This document shows, one piece after another, positions 49,288 to 59,200 of a stretch of 64,000 nt of DNA. The position numbers and the translations under genes were made by a program. Position 1 is the stretch's first letter; every line of letters begins with the position of its first letter. The stretch comes from an uncultured Fibrobacteraceae bacterium (GTDB taxonomy: Bacteria > Krumholzibacteriota > Krumholzibacteriia > LZORAL124-64-63): positions 22,391 to 86,390 of the forward strand of contig CAYLIV010000003.1 of the NCBI GenBank assembly GCA_964384055.1. The letters are read 5' to 3'. The notes under the pieces were generated by a model that was given only the letters and a program-made list of their open reading frames with translations, searched no databases and was not told where the DNA came from.

Positions 49288-52200
49288 TTAGCTGTCGTGG
49301 CTGATCCCGTAATGGCGAATCTTCTTCAAGAGGTTCGGGTAGCTGATCTTCAGTGCGCGTGCTGCTTTGGATTTGTTGCCCCGACACAGTTTCATTGCCT
49401 GGCTTATCTCGCGACATTCGATTGCCGCCAGCGTCTCCTTGAGAGGCGGAATAACGCCGGTGCCATCGGCGGCGGTGAATTCCGGCTGCAGGGTAAGCGG
49501 CAGATGCGCCGGGCCCAGCACACTCTCGCCATGTGCCAGCACGATTGCCCGCTTGAGGCATTTTTCGAGTTCACGGATATTGCCCGGCCAGTCATGGCGC
49601 ATGAGCACTTCCATGAACACAGCACCGATACCGGGCATGTCGATTCCGAGGTCCTGGCTGAAACGCTCCACGAAGTGTCTGGCCAACAGCGAGATATCGT
49701 CGCGCCGTTTGCGCAGCGGCGGCACTTCAAGCGGAAAATCGAGTAGACGGTAGTACAGGTCTTCCAGGAAACCGCCTGTCGCCGACAACTCGCGTAGATC
49801 CGTCTTGGAAGCGCAAACGATTCGCACATCGACCTGGTGTTCCTGCGTCGAGCCAACCGGCCGTATCACCTTGGTGTCGATGAAGTGCAGCAACTTGCCC
49901 TGCATCCCCAGCGGCATCTTGCCGATCTCGTCGAGGAAGACCGTTCCTCCCTCGGCCTCGGCCAGCAATCCCTTCTTGTCGCCATGGGCCCCGGTGAAAC
50001 TCCCTCTCAGATGACCGAACAGTTCGCTTTCGAGCAAGGACTCCGGAATCGCGGCGCAATTGATCGACAGGAACTTCCGGTTCTGACGGTGGCTCAGCGC
50101 ATGTAACGCGTACGCCAGCAAACCCTTGCCGGTTCCTGTTTCGCCGTTCAGCAACACCGTCAAGTCGCTCGGGGCCACCTTGCGTACGAGCCGGAGCACG
50201 TCGAGCATTTGCTCGTTCTGCGTGATGATATTCTGGAAACTCTCCACACCCTCGATCGGAGTGGCAGCACGTCGCTCGGCACCGGCCAGTTGGTCCCGAT
50301 TCTTCTCGACGAGGAACAGGGCGAGAAATCCCATATAGGTCGACAGGAAATCGATGGTCGACGTTTTGAAGCCACGACCGGGCCGGGCTCGCGTTTTCAT
50401 GCCGATGAACAGCACACCAAACAGGTGGTCGTGCATGGCGATGGGCAGGAAAACGCAGCTACCCACCTGACCGCGCAGGGCCGGCACCGCCTGCAGCAGG
50501 TCGGCGTCGTCATCGAGACGGGAGAACAAGCAGGTGTCCGCGGCGTCGGCGCCGCCGATGCTGATGAACCACTGTGCGAGTTGCTGACCGAGATTTTCGA
50601 TCATCCCCTCGCGAGCGACCACCCGCGGCGCGCCATCGCCCTGCCGGCTGTCGAACATGGCGATGAAGCCGCTATCGGCCTGCACCCGCTCCATGCACGC
50701 TTGCAGCACCGACGAAAGGTTTCGCGGTACCGCGTTCTCGCGGCGATTGAATATGCCGGGAATGCCGGATATCGCCACCAGCGGCGTCTGGTTCTTCTCG
50801 ATACCGCCGAGCAGTCCTGTCTCGACCTCGTCGCGGATACGGACGATATCCTCGACCAACTCGGGGCCCCCGATGCCCTTGGCGTTACGCTCGAGTTCGA
50901 ACACGGTGAGCAACGCATCGTCGAACTGCCGCAGCCGGATCTGCACCTTGGCCAAGCCCAGCAACAACCTGCACAGCATCAGATCGTCAATGGCAGCGAC
51001 GTTCCGTTCCTGTGCCTCCATGAGGTAACGGCGCAGCAACAGCAGTTCCGGCCTGCCCGCTGTATCGATACGGGTTTCCAGGAAAGTGATGATGGCGTTA
51101 TGCTCGTCCTGCCCGAGATTCTGTCGCTTGAAGATGGCGATGGCTTCACGGAAATGGGCGTCGCAGGGCTGCCAATCCTGTTGCGCGGCATAGATAAGCC
51201 CCAGCGATATGTGGCAGAAGCCGAGTTCGTAGACCTCACCGCATTTCTCGCAGACGGCTATGGCGGCTTGCCCCGTGGCCAGCGCTTCGTTCAGGCGACC
51301 TTGTCGGCGCTGCGCTTCGCACGTCCGCCTGAGTAATTCACCTTCGAGATCGTTGGCTCGCCCGAGTTCGCGGCTCCGCTCCAGCCCGAGCCCATAGTTG
51401 AAGAGGGCCTTGTCGAGCTCACCGCGCGCGAGCAGGATATCGCCCAGGAACTCGTCGGCGAGCGTCGACTCGCGTGTATAACCGCATTGGTCGGCGATCA
51501 TCTTGCCTTCGAGGAGCAATTCCTCGGCCCGGGAGAGCCTTTCGCTCTTTATCTCGAGGTTACCCAGCGCTATGCAAACCCGAGCCTGCTTGCCCTGATC
51601 GCCAAGGCTGCGGGCCATGCGCCGGCTCTTTTCCAGGTACGTGCGCGCTTCATCCAGGCGGGCGATCTTGGTCAGGATGATACCCTTGTTCAGGAAATTG
51701 GCGGCCAGATCGAAGGATACGCCCAGCCGCTGGTTCAATTCGATGGAACGGTCCATCAGGTCGAGCGCGTCGGGCCACTGGCACTCGTTTGCCCGGAGAA
51801 TCGCCAAGTTGTTGAAACTCTCAGCGATTCCCTGCTCATCGCCAACACGCCGGAAAGTCGCCAACGCATCGCCGTAGAACTCCTCTGCCTTCTCCATGTT
51901 ACCCAGACGATGGTGGCAGATTCCCATCGAGACCTGGCAGGTCGCCACCTCGGAATGCTCATCGGTGAGCGCGAGAATGGTGAAGGAGTGTTTGGCCAGT
52001 TCGAGCGCCTGCAGGTACTGGTTCTGTTGCATCAAAAGCGCCGCCCGCCGCCGCATGAACAACGCCTTGTGGACGATAAGTTCTTCTTCGGGCAGCTGGT
52101 CGACACTGTTCAACAGCGTGTCGGCACGGTCGAGCAGTTTCTCCACCATACGGTGACGTCCCTGACCGAGACCGGCGATGATGCTCTTGCGGAGCAGATC

Positions 52201-52413
52201 GAGCGCGTTCTGGCGGGGTAAGCGGTAGAGAACGTCGTTATCGAGCAATTGCTGGTAATAGTCCAGAGCACACGAATATGCGGCCGCATGGAAATGGAGG
52301 TCTCCGATTTCCTCCAGATGCTCCCATTCGGACACGCCCGGCGAGTAGATACCCTCGAGCTTTTCTCCGTTATATTTCTTTTGACCGTCGAACTGGTCGC
52401 TCATCAACTGCAT
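49288..52413 (-). CDS. Sigma-54-dependent transcriptional activator with an unusually long N-terminal TPR region plus GAF domain (1041 aa).
   Basis: About 480 aa of TPR-like repeats, then a GAF-like segment, then AAA+ sigma-54 interaction (LLNGETGTGKGLLAYALH, ESELFGHLRGSFTGA, GAF-TGA arm), then a C-terminal Fis-type HTH (KSKAARALKISYPNLLKKIRHYGI). Confidence 0.85.
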   Translation of the reverse strand: MQLMSDQFDGQKKYNGEKLEGIYSPGVSEWEHLEEIGDLHFHAAAYSCALDYYQQLLDNDVLYRLPRQNALDLLRKSIIAGLGQGRHRMVEKLLDRADTLLNSVDQLPEEELIVHKALFMRRRAALLMQQNQYLQALELAKHSFTILALTDEHSEVATCQVSMGICHHRLGNMEKAEEFYGDALATFRRVGDEQGIAESFNNLAILRANECQWPDALDLMDRSIELNQRLGVSFDLAANFLNKGIILTKIARLDEARTYLEKSRRMARSLGDQGKQARVCIALGNLEIKSERLSRAEELLLEGKMIADQCGYTRESTLADEFLGDILLARGELDKALFNYGLGLERSRELGRANDLEGELLRRTCEAQRRQGRLNEALATGQAAIAVCEKCGEVYELGFCHISLGLIYAAQQDWQPCDAHFREAIAIFKRQNLGQDEHNAIITFLETRIDTAGRPELLLLRRYLMEAQERNVAAIDDLMLCRLLLGLAKVQIRLRQFDDALLTVFELERNAKGIGGPELVEDIVRIRDEVETGLLGGIEKNQTPLVAISGIPGIFNRRENAVPRNLSSVLQACMERVQADSGFIAMFDSRQGDGAPRVVAREGMIENLGQQLAQWFISIGGADAADTCLFSRLDDDADLLQAVPALRGQVGSCVFLPIAMHDHLFGVLFIGMKTRARPGRGFKTSTIDFLSTYMGFLALFLVEKNRDQLAGAERRAATPIEGVESFQNIITQNEQMLDVLRLVRKVAPSDLTVLLNGETGTGKGLLAYALHALSHRQNRKFLSINCAAIPESLLESELFGHLRGSFTGAHGDKKGLLAEAEGGTVFLDEIGKMPLGMQGKLLHFIDTKVIRPVGSTQEHQVDVRIVCASKTDLRELSATGGFLEDLYYRLLDFPLEVPPLRKRRDDISLLARHFVERFSQDLGIDMPGIGAVFMEVLMRHDWPGNIRELEKCLKRAIVLAHGESVLGPAHLPLTLQPEFTAADGTGVIPPLKETLAAIECREISQAMKLCRGNKSKAARALKISYPNLLKKIRHYGISHDS

Positions 52414-52486
52414 CCCCTGGCGAGAAGAAGACTGCAGGTAACTCAGTTTTCAAGCGCTCGGTGAAGCCACGCCGTTCATGGCTTCA

Positions 52487-52807
52487 TCAACCAAGTCTGA
52501 GACTCAGTAGATAGTACCGCAACAGGTCTCCAATGGTCTCACGCATCGTTTGCACGCCGTCGTCGTCGTCGTCAACGCCGCCTGGCCCGTTGGTTTCCTT
52601 GCTCCCACCGATCAGCTCGTAAGCGTCACCATCGTCACCGGATTCTTCTTCCTCGTCACTGTCGATGACGATTCCCTGTTCACCCGGCGGTGGGAGGACA
52701 ACTTCGTCTTCGGGTAGGCCGTTGCCCGCGTAGGAATCCGAAGTTCCCGCAGCGGGTAGCAGCGCCCAGACCATCAGAAGAACAAAGGCAGCAAGGAGCT
52801 TTTTCAT
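52487..52807 (-). CDS. Small secreted acidic protein (106 aa).
   Basis: ATG with a GGAGAGGGGG Shine-Dalgarno. Signal peptide MKKLLAAFVLLMVWALLPAAG. The mature part is D/E/G-rich (IDSDEEEESGDDGD, GGVDDDDDG) and ends with an amphipathic LLRYYLLSLRLG. There is no known family. Confidence 0.5.
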   Translation of the reverse strand: MKKLLAAFVLLMVWALLPAAGTSDSYAGNGLPEDEVVLPPPGEQGIVIDSDEEEESGDDGDAYELIGGSKETNGPGGVDDDDDGVQTMRETIGDLLRYYLLSLRLG

Positions 52808-52912
52808 GTTCCCCTCTCCTCTATCGAGTTCACCCCGCTCGTTTCGAGTCCAACTGGATTCCCCCGTGAACCCTAGCGCGAGGTACTGCGCCCCCTCATA
52901 ATACTCTCAATT

Positions 52913-52941
52913 AATCTACGCGTGTTCAGAATCGGAGTCAA
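52913..52941 (-). promoter_or_regulatory. Sigma-70-type promoter TTGACT-N17-TAGATT for the small acidic protein gene.
   Basis: Read on the minus strand: TTGACT (52941..52936), a 17-nt spacer, then TAGATT (52918..52913). It lies about 100 nt upstream of ATG 52807, between the response-regulator stop and the small gene. Confidence 0.4.
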
Positions 52942-52974
52942 TAGGTGGGAACAACAATATATTCCCCCCGTCGA

Positions 52975-54336
52975 TCAATCCGCCGGCTGTGTGCGTAGAC
53001 CGTACTTGGCAATCTTCTTGTAGAGATTGCTCCGTTGCATGCCGAGACATTCGGCGGTTTTGCTGACATTATACCGGTTTTCACGCAATTTGTGTTGAAG
53101 AAATGCACTCTCGCTACTGGCCTTGAAGGTCTGGAAATCGTCGGCGGCCATGAAATCGTCACTCTCGTCGCGCGGGGCCGCGGCCAGGGACAGGGGCGGC
53201 AGGTCGGCCGGTTTCACCACGTCGCCAGCCGTCAGTATCAACAATCTTTCCACCAGGTTCCGCAATTCTCGCACGTTTCCGGGCCAGGTATATTCGTACA
53301 AGAGCGCCAAGGTATCGGGAGCGAATCCCTTGGGCTTGGTTTTGAGGTTGGCGGCGAGTGTGCTCATGAAATACGCCAGCAGCAGTTCGATGTCCGATCC
53401 CCTCTCTCGCAGGGGCGGCAGATGGACAGCAAGCACATTGAGGCGAAAGAACAGATCCTGGCGGAAACCGGAATCCGGTGCTGACAGGTCGCGATTCGTG
53501 GCGGCGATGATGCGCACGTCGACCTCGCGCGTTTCCGAACTGCCCACCCGCTGGAACCGGTTCTCCTCGACGGCTTTGAGGACCTTCGCCTGCGCTTCCT
53601 CGCTCATATCACCGATCTCGTCCAGGAATAGCGTGCCGCCATCCGCTTGCTCGAATTTGCCGACGCGCATTTTTTCGGCGCCGGTGAAACTGCCCTTTTC
53701 GTGTCCGAAGAGTTCGCTTTCCACGAGTTCCTGCGGAATGGCGGCGCAGTTGACCTCGACCAGCGGTTGCTCGCGGCGTGGACTGCCGTCGTGCAGTGCG
53801 GCGACGACGAGTTCCTTACCCGTTCCGTTCTCCCCCGTGACCAGCACCGTCGCTTCCGTGGGCGCGCATTTCGTGATGAACGACCTGACTTCCTGTATCG
53901 GCGGACAGTCTCCGATCAGCGGTGTCGTACGGCCTGATTTTTCCTGCAGCTGCTTTCTTTCGCTGAGTACTCGTTGGTGCGCGAGACAGTTGTTCAGCGT
54001 CACCAACAGGCGCGTGCGATCAAGCGGCTTCTCGAGGAAGTCGTAGGCCCCCTTGCGAACGGCCTCTACGGCAGTCTCGATGTTCCCGTGACCGGAAACG
54101 ACGATGACCGGTTTCCGAAACCCTTGCGCCGCTAGGCGATCCATGACCTCGAAGCCGTCCATGTCCGGCATCTTGATGTCGAGCAGGACCACGTCCACGT
54201 GGGTATCGGTTACCAGCGCCAACGCCTCGGGACCGGTCGCCGCCTTCTGCACCTGGTATTTTTCGTAGGAGAGTATCTGCTCCAGAGTCTCCCGGATGGC
54301 GGATTCGTCGTCGACAACCAGAACAGTCTTCAACAC
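52975..54336 (-). CDS. NtrC-family sigma-54-dependent response regulator (REC + AAA+ + HTH), with no histidine kinase nearby.
   Basis: Receiver domain (KTVLVVDDESAIRETL...DIKMPDMDGFEV), AAA+ sigma-54 domain (GENGTGKELVVAALH, ESELFGHEKGSFTGA), and a Fis HTH. The start is reassigned to GTG 54336 (MLKTVLVVDDE), with an AAGAGG Shine-Dalgarno 5 nt upstream. The track start 54444 is an extension. Confidence 0.85.
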   Translation of the reverse strand: MLKTVLVVDDESAIRETLEQILSYEKYQVQKAATGPEALALVTDTHVDVVLLDIKMPDMDGFEVMDRLAAQGFRKPVIVVSGHGNIETAVEAVRKGAYDFLEKPLDRTRLLVTLNNCLAHQRVLSERKQLQEKSGRTTPLIGDCPPIQEVRSFITKCAPTEATVLVTGENGTGKELVVAALHDGSPRREQPLVEVNCAAIPQELVESELFGHEKGSFTGAEKMRVGKFEQADGGTLFLDEIGDMSEEAQAKVLKAVEENRFQRVGSSETREVDVRIIAATNRDLSAPDSGFRQDLFFRLNVLAVHLPPLRERGSDIELLLAYFMSTLAANLKTKPKGFAPDTLALLYEYTWPGNVRELRNLVERLLILTAGDVVKPADLPPLSLAAAPRDESDDFMAADDFQTFKASSESAFLQHKLRENRYNVSKTAECLGMQRSNLYKKIAKYGLRTQPAD

Positions 54337-54583
54337 AGTGCCTCTTGCCAGGTTGAGGTGTACAGACGAGATTGGACCCGCGGGAACGATCACCGAGCCG
54401 GCTGCGGTCAGTCCACGCGGCTCGCGCCCGATCGAACGATCCACGCCGTTTCAGCTTGCCCACGCGAGGCCGGCGATGTCAAGATCGGGATTCACCGCGT
54501 GCGCCGGTGGTCGCGGAGTTCGCAGACTTTCGGCCGGTGAGCCGCGATTGTACGCGGGCGACAGGGAAGGGTTCCGGGAACCA

Positions 54584-55699
54584 ATGAGCGACTTGCGACC
54601 ACTGATCAGATCGGTTCCACCGGAGAACCTGTCACTGGAACTGGCCGACGGCGGGCACCCTACCTATCGCTCCCGCCAGCTGTCGCGGTGGCTGTTCGAC
54701 ACCGGTGCCATGAACTGGGACGAGATGTCCAACCTCCCGGCGCGCTTGCGCGACGAACTCGCCGGGCGCTACGAGCTGCAGGGCCTGGCCCCCGGCGAGC
54801 GCCTCGTGGGACAGGACCGCACCCGGAAATTCCTCTTTCATCTCCGCGACGGCGCCACCGTCGAGAGCGTGCTGATCCCCATGGAGCAGCATGCGACGTT
54901 CTGTATCTCGACGCAGGTCGGCTGCACGATGGCCTGTCGTTTCTGTGCGACGGCACGGGGTGGTCTCGAGCGTAATCTGGTCGCCGGCGAGATCATCGAG
55001 CAGGTGCTGCATCTACGGGCCGACCTCGCGGCGCATCCGGTGGTCGAACACGGCGCGCGGCAGTTCAACGTGGTGCTGATGGGCATGGGGGAACCGCTCG
55101 ACAACTGGTCCGAGGTCGTGACCGCGCTGGCCTGGTTTATCGCGCGCGACGGACTGGCCATGTCGGCTCGCCGTATTCAGGTATCGACCTGCGCGCCCCG
55201 CGGCGGACTCGAATTGCTGCACGATTATCCGCACCCGATCGGTCTGACGATCTCGCTCGGAGGGACAACCGACGCCGAGCGTCGTGCAGTCATGCCGGTC
55301 GCCGCACGCCAGCCGCTTTCGGTGACCCTGGCGGCCGCCGAACGCTACGCCCGGCGGAGCAAGCGGATCGTAACGCTGGCGTATGTGCTGATCGACGGCG
55401 TGACGGACCGTCCCGAGCAGGCCCACCGTCTGGTCGCGCTCGTGCGTCGCCGTCCGTTCAAGGTCAACCTGATTCCGCTGAACGAATTCGAGGAAGGGCG
55501 CCTGGCGGCTGCCGGCGACTCTGCTGTGCAGGAATTCCAGTCGATCCTGGCCGAAGCGGGCGTGCCCGTTTTTGTCAGGGTCAGCGGCGGTCGGGATATC
55601 GGGGCTGCCTGCGGGCAGCTTCGGCGCCGGCGGCGGGACCGACTACGACGGGGCAAGGCGGCAAAAAACCAACGCTCCCGTGATAACGGGAGCGCTTGA
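54584..55699 (+). CDS. rlmN: 23S rRNA / tRNA (adenine-C2)-methyltransferase RlmN (radical SAM).
   Basis: Start ATG 54584 (MSDLRPLIRS...). Radical-SAM CTMACRFCAT (CxxxCxxC). The RlmN-like N-terminal domain (YRSRQLSRWLFDTGAMNWDEMSNLP) is present. Confidence 0.85.
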   Translation: MSDLRPLIRSVPPENLSLELADGGHPTYRSRQLSRWLFDTGAMNWDEMSNLPARLRDELAGRYELQGLAPGERLVGQDRTRKFLFHLRDGATVESVLIPMEQHATFCISTQVGCTMACRFCATARGGLERNLVAGEIIEQVLHLRADLAAHPVVEHGARQFNVVLMGMGEPLDNWSEVVTALAWFIARDGLAMSARRIQVSTCAPRGGLELLHDYPHPIGLTISLGGTTDAERRAVMPVAARQPLSVTLAAAERYARRSKRIVTLAYVLIDGVTDRPEQAHRLVALVRRRPFKVNLIPLNEFEEGRLAAAGDSAVQEFQSILAEAGVPVFVRVSGGRDIGAACGQLRRRRRDRLRRGKAAKNQRSRDNGSA

Positions 55700-55742
55700 T
55701 CGGAACCGTGGTTTCGCCGCGATCCGCTCGGGCACGGATTCG

Positions 55743-56147
55743 CTAAACGATATCGCTCAGCAGCGTTTTCGAGAGTGCCAAGGTCAGCGCGTTCTGGGCC
55801 TCGGACCACACCCTGGAGATGCGGCAGTCAGCCGATGATTCGCAGGTGCTGACCGCCCGCAAACAGTGGTTCAGGGCAATACCGCCCTCGCAAACCTCGA
55901 CGATGTCGCAGAGCGTGATGTCGTCAGGATTGCGTCCGAGCGAGAAGCCCCCCTTGACCCCGCGGTGGGATTTCACGAGATTCTGCTGCGCAAGCATCTG
56001 GAATATCTTCGCCAGAAACGCTTCCGAAACATCACACGATCTCGCTATCGATTTCAGCTGAACAGGTGTATCGCCTTCGTGTCGCGCCAGTTCCTGGAGC
56101 CCACGTATAGCGTATTCAGTCTGACGTGTAATCTGCAGCATTGCCAC
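55743..56147 (-). CDS. Rrf2-family transcriptional regulator.
   Basis: MAMLQITRQTEYAIRGLQELA... is an Rrf2 winged-helix N-terminus. C-terminal Cys residues (CDIVEVCEGGIALNHC) may ligate an Fe-S cluster. Confidence 0.8.
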   Translation of the reverse strand: MAMLQITRQTEYAIRGLQELARHEGDTPVQLKSIARSCDVSEAFLAKIFQMLAQQNLVKSHRGVKGGFSLGRNPDDITLCDIVEVCEGGIALNHCLRAVSTCESSADCRISRVWSEAQNALTLALSKTLLSDIV

Positions 56148-56274
56148 GCCTTTCTAGAAGCCGAGCGTCCTGAAGTATCGTCACCCCAACATGGGAAGAA
56201 ACGGCAAGAATGTCAAACACCGCGGCTCGCTTCTCCGTCTTTTAGGCCTATTTTTTCGAACGGCTGACGAAACA

Positions 56275-59200
56275 CTACATGGCCCGCCGGTACTGCCCTC
56301 CTACTTCGTACAGCGCTGCGGTGATCTGCCCCAGCGAACATACCCGCGTCGTGCGCATCAGTTCGGCGAAAACATTGCCACCGTCCAGCGCAACCTGTTG
56401 CAACCGCGCCAGCGTTGTCTCCATGTCCGCCTCGTGCCGGCGGTGGAACGCGCCGAGATCAGCCAGCCGGGTGTCCTTTTCCTGCTGCTCGCAGCGGGCC
56501 AGGGTGAGTTCGGCAACCGTTTGCTCCGCGTCTTCACCCTCGCGGATATAGGTATTGACGCCGATGATCGGCAACTCACCGGAGTGTTTCTGGTGCTCGT
56601 AGAGCAGACTCTCCTCCTGGATCTTGCCCCGCTGGTACTGGGTTTCCATGGACCCGAGCACACCGCCCCGGCGTGACATGTTCTCGAACTCGCAGAGCAC
56701 GGCTTCCTCGACCAGGTCGGTCAGCTCGGCGATGATCGATGCCCCTTGCAGGGGATTCTCGCACTTCGTCCAACCAAGCTCGCGGTTGATGATCATCTGA
56801 ATGGCCATGGCCCGCCTGACCGATTCCTCGCTCGGCGTGGTGATGGCCTCGTCGTAGGAATTGGTATGCAGGCTGTTGCAGTTGTCGTAAATCGCCATCA
56901 GCGCCTGCAGGGTGGTGCGGATATCGTTGAAGTCGATTTCCTGCGCGTGCAAGGAGCGACCCGAGGTCTGGATGTGGTACTTCAGCTTCTGGCTGCGTTC
57001 GCCGGCGCCATACCGATCGCGCATGGCCACCGACCAGATGCGACGGGCGACCCGGCCAATGACCGTGTATTCGGCGTCGAGACCGTTGCTGAAGAAGAAC
57101 GACAGGTTCGGCGCAAAGGAATCGATGTCCATACCGCGCGCCAGATAGTACTCGACGTAGGTGAATCCGTTGGCGAGGGTGAATGCGAGCTGACTGATGG
57201 GATTGGCGCCCGCCTCCGCGATGTGGTAGCCGCTGATCGAAACGGAGTAGTAATTGCGTACGTTGTTCCTCGTGAAAAACTGCTGGATATCGCCCATCAA
57301 GCGCAGTGCGAACTCGGTGGAGAAGATGCAGGTGTTCTGCGCCTGGTCCTCCTTCAGGATATCGGCCTGCACGGTACCGCGGACCGTCGCGATGGTAGCG
57401 GCCGCGATTCCGGCACGTTCGTTCTCATCCGGATCGCGGCCCAGTTCGCCGGCTTTCTTGGCGATCTGCTGGTCGATGGCGGTGTTGAAGAACATGGCCA
57501 GGATGATGGGCGCCGGTCCGTTGATGGTCATCGAAACGCTTGTGCTCGGGTCGCAGAGATCGAATCCCGAGTAGAGCGTCTTCATGTCGTCGAGGGTGCA
57601 GATCGAGACGCCGCCCTCTCCAATCTTGCCGTAGATGTCCGGGCGCTGGTGGGGATCCTCGCCGTACAGCGTCAGACTGTCGAAGGCCGTGCTCAGCCGC
57701 TTGGCGTCGTCATTCGCGCACAGGTAGTGGAAACGACGATTGGTCCGGCCGGGCGATCCTTCGCCGGCGAATTGCCGTTTGGGTTCCTCGTCTGTGCGTT
57801 TGAAGGGAAAAACGCCGGCGGTGAAGGGAAACGAGCCCGGTACGTTTTCCGTACGCAGAAACAGCAAGCGGTCACCGGCATCGCTGAGTGCAGGCAGGAT
57901 AATCTTGGGGATACGGCTTCCCGCCAGCGTGGTGCGAAACGCTTCGAAACGGAGCTCACGATCGCGTATCCGGATCGTGACCTCGTCCTGGCTGTAGCGA
58001 GCCACGAGATCGGCCCAGGCATCGGTCTCGACCAGCAGCGCCTGGCCGGCTTCGGCGGCCACGGTAGCTTGCCGTCCGGCCACCGCTTGCGCCGCCTCGT
58101 TCTGTCCGGCGGCCGTCAACTCGCTCGCCGCTCGTCGCAATGCCGCATGACGGCGCAGTAGTTCCGCGTCGGCGACCGCCCGCTGGCGATAGTCGCGAAC
58201 CGCGCGGGCGATTTCGCCCAGGTAGGTGGTGCGATCGCGAGGTATGATCGTGGCCACGTCGTCGCTGATCCGCGCCGCGCCGGCCGCCGCCTGGTCCGGC
58301 GACTGGTCGTCACCGCGGTTCGCAACGGTCACCGCGAGATAATCGAAGAGCGCCTGCACGCCCGGGTCATTGAAGCGACTGGCGATGGTACCGAATACCG
58401 GCAGCTGTTCGTCGGGAAGCTCGAACTCGTTGCGACTGCGCCGGTACTGTTTGCGCACGTCGCGCACGGCGTCTTCACTTCCGAGGCGATCGAACTTGTT
58501 GACCACGATCACATCGGCAAAGTCGATCATGTCGATCTTCTCGAGCTGGATCGGCGAGCCGAACTCACTCGTCATCACGTAAACGGCGAAATCTACGATT
58601 TCGGTCACGGCCGAATCGCCCTGCCCGATACCGCTGGTCTCGACCAGGACGAGGTCGAATCCCCACTCCTGCGCCAGCGCAACCGATTCGGCGAGGGACG
58701 CGGAAAGCTCACCGCGCTGTCCGCGTGTGCTGAAACTGCGCAGAAAACAGTTGGGATGATTGATGGCGTTCATGCGGATACGATCACCGAGCAAGGCACC
58801 GCCGGTCTTGCGTTTGCTCGGGTCGACCGCCAGGACGGCGACCGTGCGTTGGGGATAGGTGCGCAGATACCGCCGGAGCAGTTCGTCGGTCAGGGAACTC
58901 TTGCCGGCTCCGCCCGTGCCGGTGATGCCGATCACGGGCGCCCGATCCCGTTCGATGACGGGACCGTCGACGAGTTGTGGAACCGCCTCCCCCATCTCCA
59001 GCAGGCTCAGCGCCCGGGCCAAGGCCACGTCGTCACCGACCTGACCGTTTTCCGGGCGCGCCGGCAAGCTGCCTGGTCGCGCTGCGCGTTTGGCACGGGC
59101 GCGGTCGTTCATGTCGTCGATGATTCCGGTCAGGCCGAGTTCCCGGCCGTCGTCCGGCGAATAGATCCTGGTTACACCGTATTCGTGCAGCAGCGCGATT

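Noticed and set aside
52414-52486. Sigma-54 motif upstream of the TPR-GAF activator gene (TGGCTTCACCGAGCGCTTG)
   Set aside because: The GC dinucleotide falls at +/-1 from the consensus spacing, so it is not convincing.
52808-52930. Sigma-54 -24/-12 motif upstream of the small acidic protein gene
   Set aside because: The best GG...GC candidates (TTGGACTCGAAACGAGC, GGCGCAGTACCTCGC) have spacing off by one from the consensus. A sigma-70-like TTGACT-N17-TAGATT fits better.
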